Shown here one piece after another: positions 10,661 through 22,818 of a DNA stretch of 41,224 bases; within the stretch, counting starts at the first letter, position 1, and each line of letters begins with the position of its first letter. This DNA comes from Octopus bimaculoides. Lineage: Eukaryota. Under the pieces are notes generated by a model. It was not told the origin of the DNA. It searched no databases and saw only the letters and a program-made list of their open reading frames with translations. Where the stretch lies: positions 90,223,374-90,264,597 of the forward strand of contig NC_068986.1 in the NCBI RefSeq assembly GCF_001194135.2, read 5' to 3'. A program made the translations under genes and the position numbers.

Positions 10661-11773
10661 ACACATCTTTTAAATTTGTTTATGGCAATGTTAAGGGTGT
10701 GCAAATAAATCTCCTATTTCATTTTGCCTGCTACCGTCTAATGATACTGGCCAGTGAGTCAGTTTTTCAGGCTTGCATCATGGTTACACCGATATAATGT
10801 AGGATATATATAATAATGACAATAAATTTAGGATAGAATTTATAAATATTTAATGCATCGCTATGCATATTTCCACAAATCACAGAACGTTAACATCAGA
10901 GTCTGTATCCTTGGGATAATTACAGTATAGTTCATATTATCCATGGGCATCTGATTGATCATCATCATTAATTCATTTCATCAGGCATTAGACACTGCAT
11001 TAGTAGATGAATCACAGAGGGATGTTTATGCCTTCTTCTCCAGTATGAAGACCAATCTAGCTATGTGAGTATTTCTGTGTGTCCTTGGTAGGGGACAGTA
11101 GGTGGTGGTTGGATTTATTTGCTATTCATTCAGCAGATTTTAAGGATGATCATTCATTCAGCAGATTTAAGAATGGTAGTACATTTCTTCTATTTCGTTT
11201 ATAAGGTGATTCTCCTCAATAAATTCTGAACCCAACAGGTAGTCAGCTACTATACATTGGGGTTTGTTGACAGAATTGATTAACACTACCCTCTTATATG
11301 GTAACTTTACTGATTTTGTTGTTATAGTATCATTTTAAACATTGGTATGTTCTTTTATTTGTTTGGGTTCCTTCACTGTTTTTGTTAATTCGTTTCAAAA
11401 TATTTCTTTCAAATTCCATGAATGATATGCAGTATCACATGATGAAATGAATCAATGATGATGATAACCAGGTACCCACAGATACTATGGACTATACTGT
11501 AATCATCCCAAATATATGGACTCTGATGTTAAAGTCATGTGATTTGTGGAAACTCACATAGCAATGTATTAAATTTTTATAAATTCTATCCTAAAATTGT
11601 TGTTGTTGTTGCTGTTGTTATTATTATTATTATACACACACAAGACTTCTTTCAGTTTCTGTCTACCAAATCCACTCACAAGGCCCTGGTTTTAAATTTA
11701 TGGCAAGGGTACCCAGATTTATAGAAAAATTAGTTTGAGGTATATTTTGACATGATCCTGCAAAAATGTAAGG

Positions 11774-12004
11774 TTAGACCCTTTAGAATTCAGATTATTT
11801 TGTCAAATATAATCCTTTTTTATTCACATTTAAAAAAAATTAATCCTGCATTAGCTTATAGCTTCAAGATTTCAAAGATGTGGTTGTTTATCTTTTAGAA
11901 TGATATTGCAAGGTAGGTGTGAGAGGTCAGATCCGACCAGTTTGAACATAAAACAGGTAGAATATTTGGGCCTAATACGGCCACTTTTAATGCTAAAAAG
12001 TTAA
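11774..12004. mobile_element. piggyBac-like MITE, second copy of the 6218-6444 family
   Basis: CCCTTTAGAATTCAGATT...TTTAATGCTAAAAAG|TTAA; internal similarity to 6218-6444. Confidence 0.65.
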
Positions 12005-12329
12005 GAGCTGGAAGTCCTTTCTAACACAGAAGCTAGGTGAGTTTCTGACCCAAACTAAAATTTCTCATACAAAATGGATGTTAGAGACTCCAGTTTTCTA
12101 TCAATTTCCTACTACAATTGCTCTTGTCTTTATGCACTTCTAATCTATATGATTAAACAGCATATGCTGTCACCTCAGCTGAATTTACCTATACTCAAAA
12201 GTATTCCAACCATGATTACCCTGACTTATTTATCTATGACTACATTACACAATAAGTCTTTCTGTTTTAAAGATAGTAAAGTGTGATTTGAGGGTGATTT
12301 AATTGCTATTTCTAGTGAATCAAGTAACA

Positions 12330-12760
12330 GTAAAGAGGTTGACCCAGGAAAAAATATAGTGAACACATATTCATTTTGGAACACATGACTTTCCTGGAGA
12401 ACTCAAGTTCCCGAGGTAACAGTTCTTGGAACTTGGTTTTTGCTGGTTTACTCTTGGAATACAATTTTAGCCATCTGGTAATACCCTTTGGTGGTATCAT
12501 CTTTGGTGTCTATTGCCACAATAACTATCCTGTGAGTTGGTTTTATCTGGTTGAATCCAGCTGCAGTGAATGTTAGGAGTTGCCAGAATGCTGAAGTTCT
12601 AGTGTTGAGGCTTAAATACATGCTGATGGTCTTGTAAATTTGATCAACTCTGTTTTTCTGTTGTATGATATCCATGCTTCCTAGCTTTTAGATTAGTTGT
12701 GAAGTCCAATCTGGTGCTGTGCAGTATAGTATAATACAGTGGAGAGGAATTTTCCATGTT
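12330..12760 (-). mobile_element. Degenerate non-LTR RT fragment (I/Jockey group, possibly Ingi-like)
   Basis: Reverse frame ...NTRTSAFWQLLTFTAAGFNQIKPTHRIVIVAIDTK (12505-12558 covers GFNQIKPTHRIVIVAIDT). It resembles the recalled STTSALxQLxxxIxxGFNQxKPPxRTVxVAxDLxxAFD region of such RTs. Many stops and frameshifts. Confidence 0.6.
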
Positions 12761-12782
12761 AATATAGATGGTGTTAAGGAAA

Positions 12783-12992
12783 GTGGAAAGCTGGCGCAGT
12801 CATTCGCACATCAGGCAAAATGCTTAGTGGCATTTTGTCTATCTTCACGTTCTGAGTTCAAATTCCACTGATATAGACTTCACCTTTCATCCTTTTGGTG
12901 TCAATGAAATAAGTAACATTTGAGCATTAGGCTCTATGTAATTGACTTACTTCTTCCCCCCAAATTGCTGGTCTTGTGCCAAAGTTTTAAAT
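12783..12992 (+). mobile_element. tRNA-derived SINE, family E
   Basis: GAGCTGGCAGAA-like head, GTTCTGAGTTCAAATTCC B-box and CCTTTCATCCTTT motif; copies at 16655-16805, 21505-21625, 32341-32550 and 38556-38770. Confidence 0.75.
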
Positions 12993-13169
12993 CAATATAG
13001 ATGGAGTTGGGTTTGATAGACACCGTTTAGAGGTTTTCTCTGATCAGTTCTCTTTACGGTTTGGCCTTGATAAAAGTTGTTAGCTCTGTAGGGGATTTTT
13101 GAGGGGTTACTGTTGATAGGTGTTTGGAGGTTTAGTTCTGAAAGCTGTTGTAAAAAAGCCTAGTTACCA

Positions 13170-13410
13170 GAGATGGTGTTGTTCTTGATCGGCTAACTTA
13201 TTTTTGATCAACCCTGATTGGCTGACTGAATAGACCTATGATTAAAGGCATTCCAGTTATGAGCTACCCATCTTTTTACTCAAGCATAATGTATCTAGGA
13301 CTATTTTATCCAGCATTTCCATTCGTTTTTCTTTGAAGACTGTAGGGTATGATTTTGGGAAGATTTAGCTGTTATTTCTAGTAGGTTGAGCCTTGTAAAG
13401 GTTTCCCCAT
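13170..13410 (+). repeat. Dispersed repeat family G (AGACCTATGATCAAAGGCATTCCAGCCATGACCATC...GATTTGAGGGAGATTTGGCTGCTATTTCTAG)
   Basis: Homologous pieces at about 14600-14713, 19290-19440, 20210-20480, 23085-23190, 26598-26790, 34790-34880 and 38770-39030; class not determined. Confidence 0.65.
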
Positions 13411-14778
13411 AGATACTGTTCAGAGATTATCTGAATTTAGTTATGTTCAGGAGCAAGAGATGTCTTCTTTCTTTGATTTTACATTTTATAGGGTGTGATT
13501 GTGTTGATGAAACAAATCTTGTTATACAGCTCTTTCCATGTTATTCAATGTTTATTTAATAACATAGACATAAAAGAATGAAAAATATGTTTACTTGCAC
13601 AGAGAATCTATCTTTGGAATTTCTCTGCAGGAAATTATTCCTTCCTGTTTTACATCTTACTATCGGCAATGACATTTACTCATAAATGTACATTGTGGTT
13701 CTTTTTATTTTCGCGTCTGTATACATTTTTCTCTACAACTTATATTGTATATGCTGGTGTGTATGTAAGTATGTGTCGTTCATGTAAAGATTTAGATGTG
13801 TTGTTGCTGCTGCATTCAGAAATTCCTTTTATTCAACATCTTTTGCAAATCTCCCGACAGACAAGAATTGTGGGTAATAAACTGCTTAGAAAAACTACGA
13901 TCTTGATGTATGAAGATATAGATAACTGTTTATAATAGAGACATTTCCAATGAAAGTTAGCTGGAAAATTCTATTTATTTTTATTGTTGTTATTGTTTCA
14001 GAATTATTTTTTCTTATTTTATATTTTCTAAAGCTTTATATTCGTATTCTTCTTGATCTTTTTAATAATGTTCTTTCAAAATTTTTATCATTTCTTACCA
14101 TGGATTATCAATTTTGTTCTTGTTTTCATCACTAACTGATTTATACAATTACTTTTTTTTTTTTGTTTTTTTTTTTTTACTCCCTGAAATGTTAACATCT
14201 TGAAGTCAAGTAATTCTATATAATGGGATAAAATAAAAGAAGCAACTTATGTAGTGGTAGCAGCGGTGGCAGCAGTAGCAGTTACTAGTGTTGGTGGCAG
14301 TGGCTATTTGATATCGCAGTCTACCAGAGTATGGTAGTATCTACTTACACACCTATTAATGTCTTGCTGATCTTGGCGTGTCTGGCAAGTGAGGTTGTGT
14401 ATAACTTTATTGTTTTATATGTTAGATCTCTTAAAGTTTCACATACTAAAATACTACAAGTACTAGTCTACTCTCACATTCCCACTCCTTTTAACTAGCA
14501 AACTGTTTTCCACTAGATCTACTACTCAACTCTTCACCTTTCATCACCCTTGTTTGTCTCCCCTACAAATCTGGCTGCAACCCTCTCAATTCTGTGTCTG
14601 CCTATGTTTTTGTTTAACCCCATATCAGCTACAATCAAGCAGACACATAATCAAAGGCGTTTCAGCCATGACCATCTTATCTTTTTTAAGGGGCAACTAG
14701 GAATATATTAGATCAGTGGTTCTTAACTGGGGTCCATATGACCCTTTGGAGTGTCTTCGGTGATCTTTACCAAAGATC

Positions 14779-15006
14779 GGCCTTTTCTGTAACACCTGCA
14801 TGATCTTCACTATGGTGTTAGGGTTAGGGTTTTAGTGTGAGGGTTAGGGTTTTAGTGTGAGGGTTAGGGTTTTAGGGTTAGGGCTATGGTTACAGTTAGG
14901 GACGGAATTCCCTAAACCCTTCAAAATAAATCGCGCTCCCTGTATGTCTTTCGCTTTTATGACATCATTTCCCTGTTTCTCTCCAACACTTTTTATGGAA
15001 AAGGCC
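14779..15006. mobile_element. Insertion with a TTAGGG/TGAGGG/TTTTAGGG core and short GGCCTTTTC...GAAAAGGCC inverted ends
   Basis: Telomere-like array at 14818-14901, including a 20-bp unit GGGTTAGGGTTTTAGTGTGA x2; ends match at 12 of 14 bp; no TSD found, so the boundaries are uncertain. Confidence 0.5.
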
Positions 15007-15116
15007 TTTAGGGTTCATTTATGATTTGGCTGTTAAAATTTATCTGCAATAAATTGCTTATGCTTCTACAATACACAAAATATTGTAACCTTTTACTTTT
15101 TATACAATTACATGCT

Positions 15117-15283
15117 GGTGACATGTAGAAAGTACCCAGCACACACTGTTAAGTGGTTGGCATTAGGAAGGGCATCCAGCCATAGAAACCATGCCACAAC
15201 AAACAGCACCCTGCTAGTCAGCTCCATGTTAAACTGTCCAACCCATGTTCACATGAAAAGCGGACATTAAACGATAATGATAA
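15117..15283 (+). mobile_element. Family C RTE-tail SINE fragment nested in the hAT MITE
   Basis: GGCATTAGGAAGGGCATCCAGCC...AACCCATG...GGACATTAAACGATAATG. Confidence 0.75.
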
Positions 15284-15506
15284 GATTTTTTTTAAACAGT
15301 GAATGACTAGTAGGGTCCGTCTGAGTAAAATAAATATCAAAGGGGCCCCTAGGTAAAAAATGGTTGAGAAACACTATTAGATGATATGCCAGTTTTTCTC
15401 TCATATTGCAGAATAGCATGGTGCACTGTCCTGTTGGAAGATAGTGTAATTAATCATAGATATAGGTAACTTCTTTAGTATATGAAGGGAAGTACCTTGA
15501 GATATT

Positions 15507-15885
15507 GTTGTTGTTGGCACTCCGTCGCTTATGACATTGAGGGTTCCAGTTGATCCGATCAGCGGAACAGCCTGCTCATGAAATTAACGAGCAAGTGGCT
15601 GAGCATTCCACAGACACTTGTACCCTTAATGTAGTTCTCGGGATATTCAGTGTCACACAGTGTGACAAGGCTGACCCTTTGAATTACAGGCACAACAGAA
15701 ACAGGAAGTAAGAGTGAGAGAAAGTTGTGGTGAAAGAGTACAGCAGGGTTCACCACCATCCCCTGCCGGAGCCTCATGGAGCTTTAGGTGTTTTTGCTCA
15801 ATAAACACTCACAACACCTGGTCTGGGAATCGAAACCACGATCTTATGACCGCGAGTTTGTTGCCCTAACCACTGCGCTTCCACT
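15507..15885 (-). mobile_element. Full-length tRNA-derived SINE, family D (~380 bp, (AAC)n tail)
   Basis: 11-bp TSD CTTGAGATATT at 15496-15506 and 15886-15896; homologous to 30494-30878 and 37787-38177. Confidence 0.92.
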
Positions 15886-17022
15886 CTTGAGATATTATCC
15901 AAATAGTATCTCTCAAATACTAACTCTTCCATTGTAGAATGGTACCCACCATGTCATGATGGATGGATATTCGGAAATGTTTGACTCTTGCAAATGTATA
16001 CCTGGGATTGTATAAGATTAATGAACAATAAATAAGTAAAGTATTAGATGCAACACTAAATGTCCTCCAGGGTCCAATTATTTTTATGATCCTTGTAAAA
16101 TTGCGGATGATCCAGGATGCTTATTATTTTTTTTTTTTTGGCCTGACTTCTTGCAGCTTTTCTGAAGTGTTGCTGCATTTGATGTCTTATTGTTTGAGTG
16201 TTACATTTTACTGTTAGTAGCAACTGAGTTTGTATGACAGTGCTAGATATAAATGGAGATACAACACTATGACAATGAATCATATGATCAGTTTGGAAAG
16301 TTGTGGCATATGAGGTCTGTCTGATCTGTCAAATGATTTATATTAAAATGTCTCGTGAAATCAATAAAAAGCTTACTGGATGGCTCCAACACACATTTAA
16401 CTGAGTTGATATTTCCAGAATGTGAATCCATTACCATTCAAACCAACAAGTTAAGCCCCGTTTCTTTTTTTTTTCCAGTTGACAATTCCATAACTTTATA
16501 AAATATTGATGTACCCTGCAATATCTTAAATGTCAAATAAAAGATGAAATTATAAAATAATATTTAATTTATTCATATGTCATGATACATAATTATAAAT
16601 GGCAATTGGCAAAGTCATTACAGCATCAGATAGATTATTTTCTGGTAAATCATTCTGGCTCCTTGCACTCTGAGTTCAAATCCAGCAGAAGTTAAGTTTA
16701 TCTTTCATCCTTCCAGGACCAATAAATAAAATACCAATTTTGTACTGGAGTTAATTCTTTCTTTTCTGTCATTCGTTCTGTGGAATTTATTCCAGAAATT
16801 GGAATTGGAAAGGGATGGGCTCCACCAATTTTAAAAGTACTAAAAAATCAAAGATGTCACAATGATACTCTTATAATTCCACCAAAGAGTTGAGGTCTCA
16901 AGGCAAGGCAATACATAGCAAGTAATTAGTTTCTATCTTTTCATCAAAACACATTTAGGAAAATATATTTTCTCTTTGTATTCAGATTTTTCACCAGGGC
17001 TATATACAATATAGGTGCAAAT

Positions 17023-17160
17023 ATAGGGGTTGTGTGGTAAGAAGCATGCTTCCCATCCACATGATTCCCTGTTCAGTCCCACTGCATGGCAACTTGGCAA
17101 GTGTCTTCAACTATAGCTTCAGGCTCACCTTGTGAGTGAGTTTAGGGATTTGGTGAATGG
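17023..17160 (+). mobile_element. SINE family A head (diverged)
   Basis: GTTGTGTGGTAAGAAGCATGCTTCC...GTTCAGTCCCACTGCATGGCAACTTGGCAAGTGTCTTC. Confidence 0.75.
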
Positions 17161-18598
17161 AAGATTAATAGTCATAATTTTATGAAAGTCATTAATGGGA
17201 TAAGTAAAACCTACTACATCAAAGAACTGAGCCTTGATTTATCAATTTTTTTCCCTTTCTTTAATCAACATAGTCAGAGGATATGGCTTACATTTTTTTT
17301 AGGTACTCTCAAACTGGTCACATTGATGTGGATAGTGTGGGAATTCTAGAAAGTTGCATTTTTGAGGAGAACTAGACAAACAGTTTTGTTCAAGCTCTGA
17401 GGCCTAAGAGAATGAGAGCTAATTGTATTTAGTGGTTTGTGTAGCAGCAGTGGTTCACAAGATTGCTATTTCAGAAGGCAGGAGTCATTACAGTCATAGA
17501 AGGATAGACAGAGTGAGGGATGACAGAAAATTGGTGAACTATCATAACATGTTGGGTTTCAATTGGATGCCTCCTCCAATTTGGAATCCAGTGTGCAGTC
17601 TGGAATGTGTGTGTGTGTGTGTGTAACAGATGCTCTGTCCTACATATGCAACTAACAGTCTAATGTTTTGTTTAGCACCAGGTCATCTCTGATAGAATAT
17701 TTCAGCCTGGACAATCCCATCTTGTTTGCAATTATGTACCCAAAGTTACATTTTCTCCAGTGTCTTTCCTTTTTTAAGATAGTAAGTCACAGTGTGAATG
17801 GAATTTGTCTGCTGTTTCTAGCGAGCTTGTGTGGCTATCTCGAGGTTCTCCCTTAGTCTGCTAATGTTCAGATTGAAGTAATTTTTGACTCTGAATAAAA
17901 AGAGAACATTTGGGATGTAGTTTTGTGATATAGTTGTGATGTTATTACAAGTAAAGCAAAATACCCACAAAACTCTAGAATCTGGGGAAACTAGTGATGG
18001 GTCTGTCTGTCTGGAGTGATAAGAACAAAAGAAAAAGTCAAAATTTGTAAAAGCCGCTAAGTTGGTGCCATGAGAAACAAGTTCTCATGTTTCATGCAGC
18101 TCCCCCTGACCCCAAAACTCCTCCCACCGGCTTGGAAGAACTGAATAACAAGTGTGTTAGAAGATAGGCAGGTATGTAAGATCTTCAGAAATGGTAACTG
18201 AAGAGATTTTATAGGCTTCTGCTACACTGTAGTAGAAGTGTGAGGGCGGGGACTAGGCAGCGCTATGTTTGTGTTTTCTTGATATGTATAGTGACTGTGT
18301 CATGCTGGATGGGATGAAGTTATCATGTTCTCATTGCAGAACAATGTTCTCAAGGTCTCTCCGTGTACAGAGAAGATGTAATGCATATTTGGCGGGAAGT
18401 ATCTAGGCTGCATATGAATGACACTTGTGTGTGAAAGGTTTAACACTAAGTCTATGATGGCTGTCACAACCCCCCCCCCCACACACACACTGTGTAATAT
18501 GTCCTATATAGTTCACACTTACTTCTAAAGTTACCAAAGCATTCACAAATGGAATGATGCAGGTATATGTCTTAATATTCTAAATATAAATTGACTGG

Positions 18599-19240
18599 GG
18601 TGCAGGCATGGCTCTGTGGCAAGAAGTTTGCTTCCCAACCAAAAGGTTTGGGTTTGGTTCCACTGTGACACCTTGGGCAAGTGTCATCTACTATAGCCTT
18701 GAGTTGATCAAAACCTAGTGTGCTGATTTGGTAGATGGAAACTGGAAAAAAACCCATTGTGTGTATGTGTGTGTTTGTTCCCCATCACTGCCCTACAACT
18801 AAAAAAATGTAGGTAAAGTTACCTTCGCAAGTCATACTGACTCATAAGGGCCGGTTTCCCAGTTTCATGGCGTATATATTCCCCACCTGGATGGGATGTC
18901 AGTCTGTCGCAGGATTACTCATCTGAGAGGACCGGAGGGTAACATGAAATGAAGTGTTTTGCTCAAGAACACAACGCATTGCCCAGTCCAGGAATCGAAA
19001 CCACAATCCTACGATCATGAGTCCAACACCCTAACCATTAAACCACACACCTCCACACTGCTTGACAACTGGTATTGGCTTGTTTACATCTCTTGTAACT
19101 TAGTAATTTGGCAAAAGAGACTGATAGAATAAGTTCCATGCTTAAAAAAATAAGTACTGGGTTCAATTTGTTCAGCTAAACCCTTCAAGGCAGTGCCCCA
19201 GCATGGCCACCAGCCCATTGACTGAAATAAGCAAGAGATA
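18599..19240 (+). mobile_element. Family A+B SINE interrupted by an opposite-strand SINE (family F, about 18815-19057)
   Basis: Head 18599-18770 and B-part CTTGACAACTGGT... resume after 19058. The insert ends with the reverse complement of a tRNA-like head (GGAATCGAAACCAC...CCTAACCATTAAACCACACACCTCCAC). Confidence 0.7.
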
Positions 19241-21021
19241 AAAGAAAGAAAGTTATTATATATCAGGATAGATGACAAAGTGTATCGTCTGTCAGTTTGC
19301 TAGAAATAGCAACCAGATCTTTAAATTATGTTACCATTTGAAAGAGAAGAGCATGTTAGATAACTTTGTCCTACATTCTGTCATATCTGAAAAATGGAGA
19401 GATACTTGTTATGGTGGTTGGAAAACCTTTCTTTGGCTCTGTATCTTCTGGATTGGGATTAAACATCAACACCATCGCCAACAACACATGTCTTCTGCTG
19501 CTATTGTATAAAACAATTTTAAAACAATTAGTGTCTTTTAGTGAGTATGTTCACCAAAGTTGTAGAATGAAAGAAAGGAAGAAAGACAGACATTTAAAAC
19601 TTTCTGAAGGGTTCTCTTTCCTGTTTCCCCCCCCCCTCTCTGTCTCTGTAGTCTGACAATAAATATGCTGATTTGTAAACATTTGAAAGGTCACTGAAAT
19701 GGTTGAAGAAGAAGAAGAAGAAGAGTAAAATATATTCAATAAGATAAAAAATAAAGAACAAAGAACAAAAATGTCCCAGTTATGAAGTGAAATTAGGAGC
19801 TTGCATTGCATACTGGTTCCCAGATACCAAATTTCAACAGCCATTTGTTCCTTAACTAATAGACCTTCTGCTGTTGGTCTCCGCTTTGTTTCGCTCCTTC
19901 TCTCATTTCTCTCACCCAAATATCTCTTTCAACATGATATATCACTGTTCCTTTGTCTGTATCTCACTCCTTTTCCTTTATCTATGTATCTGTATCTTTA
20001 CTCTGTCTTCTAGTTTTTTTTCTACTTCATTTTGTCTGTGTGTGTGTATGTATGTGTGTGTTTTATTTCTCTCCCCCTCCTTTTCTCTCTCTCTTTCACA
20101 CATACAGTAAAAATGTACACCACCAACACACTCGCCACCACCACCACCATCATTACTCTCACATTCATTCTCACAATTACAACTATCATCACTAACAATA
20201 ACAGCAATAATGCTAGAAATAGCAGCCAGATTCCCATATCAGGAGAGATACTTTAGATAATGTAGTACTAGACATCCCCATAAAAGACAAGATGGTCATG
20301 GTTGGAATGTTCTTGATTGTAGGTCTATTCATTCAGGATAGCATAGGACTAAAGAATAATAACAGCAACAATCATGATAATGATAATGTGCCACTGAATG
20401 AGCCTCCAAGAAGACGGGTCACTCAACATGTAGAAAAAAATGGTCAAATTTCTTACAAATCACAGCCTATTGACATAAAAAGGGAAGTATGCATTCAACA
20501 ATGTGATCCCGAATTAACCACCTCTGACTAAATGATGGGGCTATATTATTTTTTTCATATCTCATCCTTATCAAATATTCATCCAGATCAGGTATTCAGG
20601 TATTCATTGAAATTCAGTTACAAAACTCAGTTATCAAATAAATTTCTCTTGTTCCTTTGCAGCCAATCTAGTCCACCCAAGTTCATTGGTCACAGTTGAC
20701 TTACCACACTAATATTGGTTATAGTTCACTTAAAACACTGAAAGCTCTACTTCCTCTCTTCTCATCTTTCTAGACATGTAATAAAAATTATCAAATATGA
20801 AGAGGTCACTGTAATAACATGAAAATAGGCAGAGTTGAGAGAACACAGCTTAGTTACGAGCCTAGACATACATCAAAGTAGTTTGGCAAGTGGTAGTTAG
20901 GTAGCTTTATAAATCAATCTCTTGAGGTTAATTTGAAAATATTCAGAAAATGAAATTCTTACATTATTAGACATTCCATAATTAAAGAAGATACAAAACA
21001 CACACACATGCACATGCATAC

Positions 21022-21026
<5 letters not shown>

Positions 21027-21083
<57 letters not shown>

Positions 21084-21119
21084 GCTATCTACCTATTTAG
21101 CTGTCTATCTATCTATCTG

Positions 21120-21162
<43 letters not shown>

Positions 21163-21165
21163 GTC
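21027..21165 (+). repeat. (CT)n followed by (CTAT)n microsatellite
   Basis: Direct reading. Confidence 0.95.
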
Positions 21166-22750
21166 TTTCTAAAAGGAAAACCCAGCTAAGTGGATTCTTT
21201 GAATCTTTCCAAACATATTTTCAAGTTAATCTTTCATACATTAATTGATAGAGCTTGAGATAAAACATATTGACACACCTAAGATATTTGAAATACTGAA
21301 TTATTAATCACAATTTTATTCAAAGTTAGGATGAGATCCAAATATTTCCTACCTCAAACGTCTGTAAGTCGTATTCCCCTTCAGCATCTTCCTTGTCTTT
21401 ATTTTATTTTCTTGAGGTTCTTTGTCAATTGTTTGAATAAAATAAACTTTGAAGAGGAAGATTAGAAAATATAACTTTTCTAGTCCTTCTTACAAATCGA
21501 GGTAGTAACATAACGGGTATAGTGCCTTGTGGTATTCTGTAATATCCTTATGTCCTTTTGTATTCTGAGTTCAAATTCTGACTGGACCAACTTTACCTTT
21601 TTGCCCTTCCTGATTGACCATGTAGAGAGAGGCATCCTTATTGTGTTGTGTTGCTTGTAAGAATCAACACTAGATACTCCTCTTCCTTATACCCACAGCC
21701 TGCAAGGCCTGGATCTCAGTAATGTTGTTTTAGTCTGTAGTAGTATTTTTATATTCTAAGACTTTGTTCCAATGATACTAGAACCAGCTATTTACACACA
21801 TGTAAGCATATTATACACAATAAGGGCGCAGAACAACAAATTGATTAGGTAACTGTCAGTCAATACAAGTGTCAGTGATTTATATCTTGTTTCAACGAGT
21901 ACAATCACTGGTTCACTCTATTGATAAGAGTCTCTGTACTTCAGTGTTACAGACATGTTTTTCAAGTAGTGGTATATAATCCAATTATATGTGTATATGT
22001 ATGAGTGTATGTACATACGTGTGTGTACATGTGTTTGATTGCATGTGCAGGGACGTGAAAATACCTGAACTGGTGTCCAGATGCAGGGTTAGCCCACTGG
22101 GAGTGGGAGGCCCCTCTGTTGTTGTCACAACATCTCTCTAGGAGATGGAAACTCTGAGAGAAATCCTGTGACGCTGACAATATTTGGTGATGAAGGGCTA
22201 GTTCTTTTTGAGTTTATGTTGTCCATGTTCAAAGAGTGGGATTGCATTGGTGCAAATCCTTTTCCCACTAAAACAAAATCATCATGCCCAGGCATCTCTT
22301 GAAGAAAAAAAGGTAAAACCTGTGACAAAAATGGCTGCTTGTAGCCTTCACATGTATGGGACGTTTGATCAGACGATGGCAATACTCAAACACAAGTTTG
22401 CAGCCATCATGTATAAGCAGGGTGTACCAGCTTTTTGAGAACAAAATTTTAATTTAAGGAAAACAAAAATACTTCTTAGAAAAACCAATATATTTTTATA
22501 GAATTTGATACACTTGTTTATGCATGCATATTGCAGAAGGCTATTCAATAAAACCACCACCAGCCTCGATTACTACCTCAACATGGCTGCTGAAATGATT
22601 AAATGCGTTGATTCGATGACCTTTATTCATGTATCATCCCCAATAGCAAACATTGAATTTACTATCATTTGTAATCTTCTCAAGATGTCCATTATTTTCT
22701 AAGAAACCTTCCGTCCTCATTCCTAATTCTTTACTTTCTCTATTCAACAG

Positions 22751-22818
22751 CGTTTTCCGAAAGAGCCGGGATGATCTTATTCATGAAATAATCTTGGTCG
22801 ATGATTTCAGTGATGATC
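22751..22818 (+). CDS. GALNT2: GALNT2-like exon (68 nt): (S)[22 protein letters not shown](P)
   Basis: Acceptor ttctctattcaacag|C, donor C|gtaagt; phase 2 to phase 1; EIILVDD motif. Confidence 0.95.

Larger units (their letters stand above)
14714..15375. mobile_element. hAT (Charlie-like) MITE carrying nested insertions
   Basis: TIR CAGTGGTTCTTAAC / GTTGAGAAACACT; TSD-like TATTAGAT at 14706-14713 and 15375-15382 (overlaps the last TIR base). Confidence 0.75.

Noticed and set aside
17980-18300. Relatively GC-rich stretch with a GC-box (GGGCGGGG, 18244-18251) as an internal promoter
   Set aside because: A single motif, no CpG island and no supporting exon or start; not supportable without CAGE or ATAC data.
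20292-20531. 79-aa ORF with a signal-peptide-like start (MVMVGMFLIVGLFIQDSIG) and a C-terminal PELTTSD resembling mariner PDLAPSD
   Set aside because: The start is the reverse complement of repeat G (ATCAAAGGCATTCCAGCCATGACCATC), the middle is an (AAT/GAT)n tract and the rest is more repeat G. There is no other transposase motif.
22040-22440. GC-richer stretch with ~70-85-codon open frames just upstream of the first exon
   Set aside because: No GalNAc-T motif and no convincing splice pair; possibly an old retroelement 5' region, which I cannot assign without a search.
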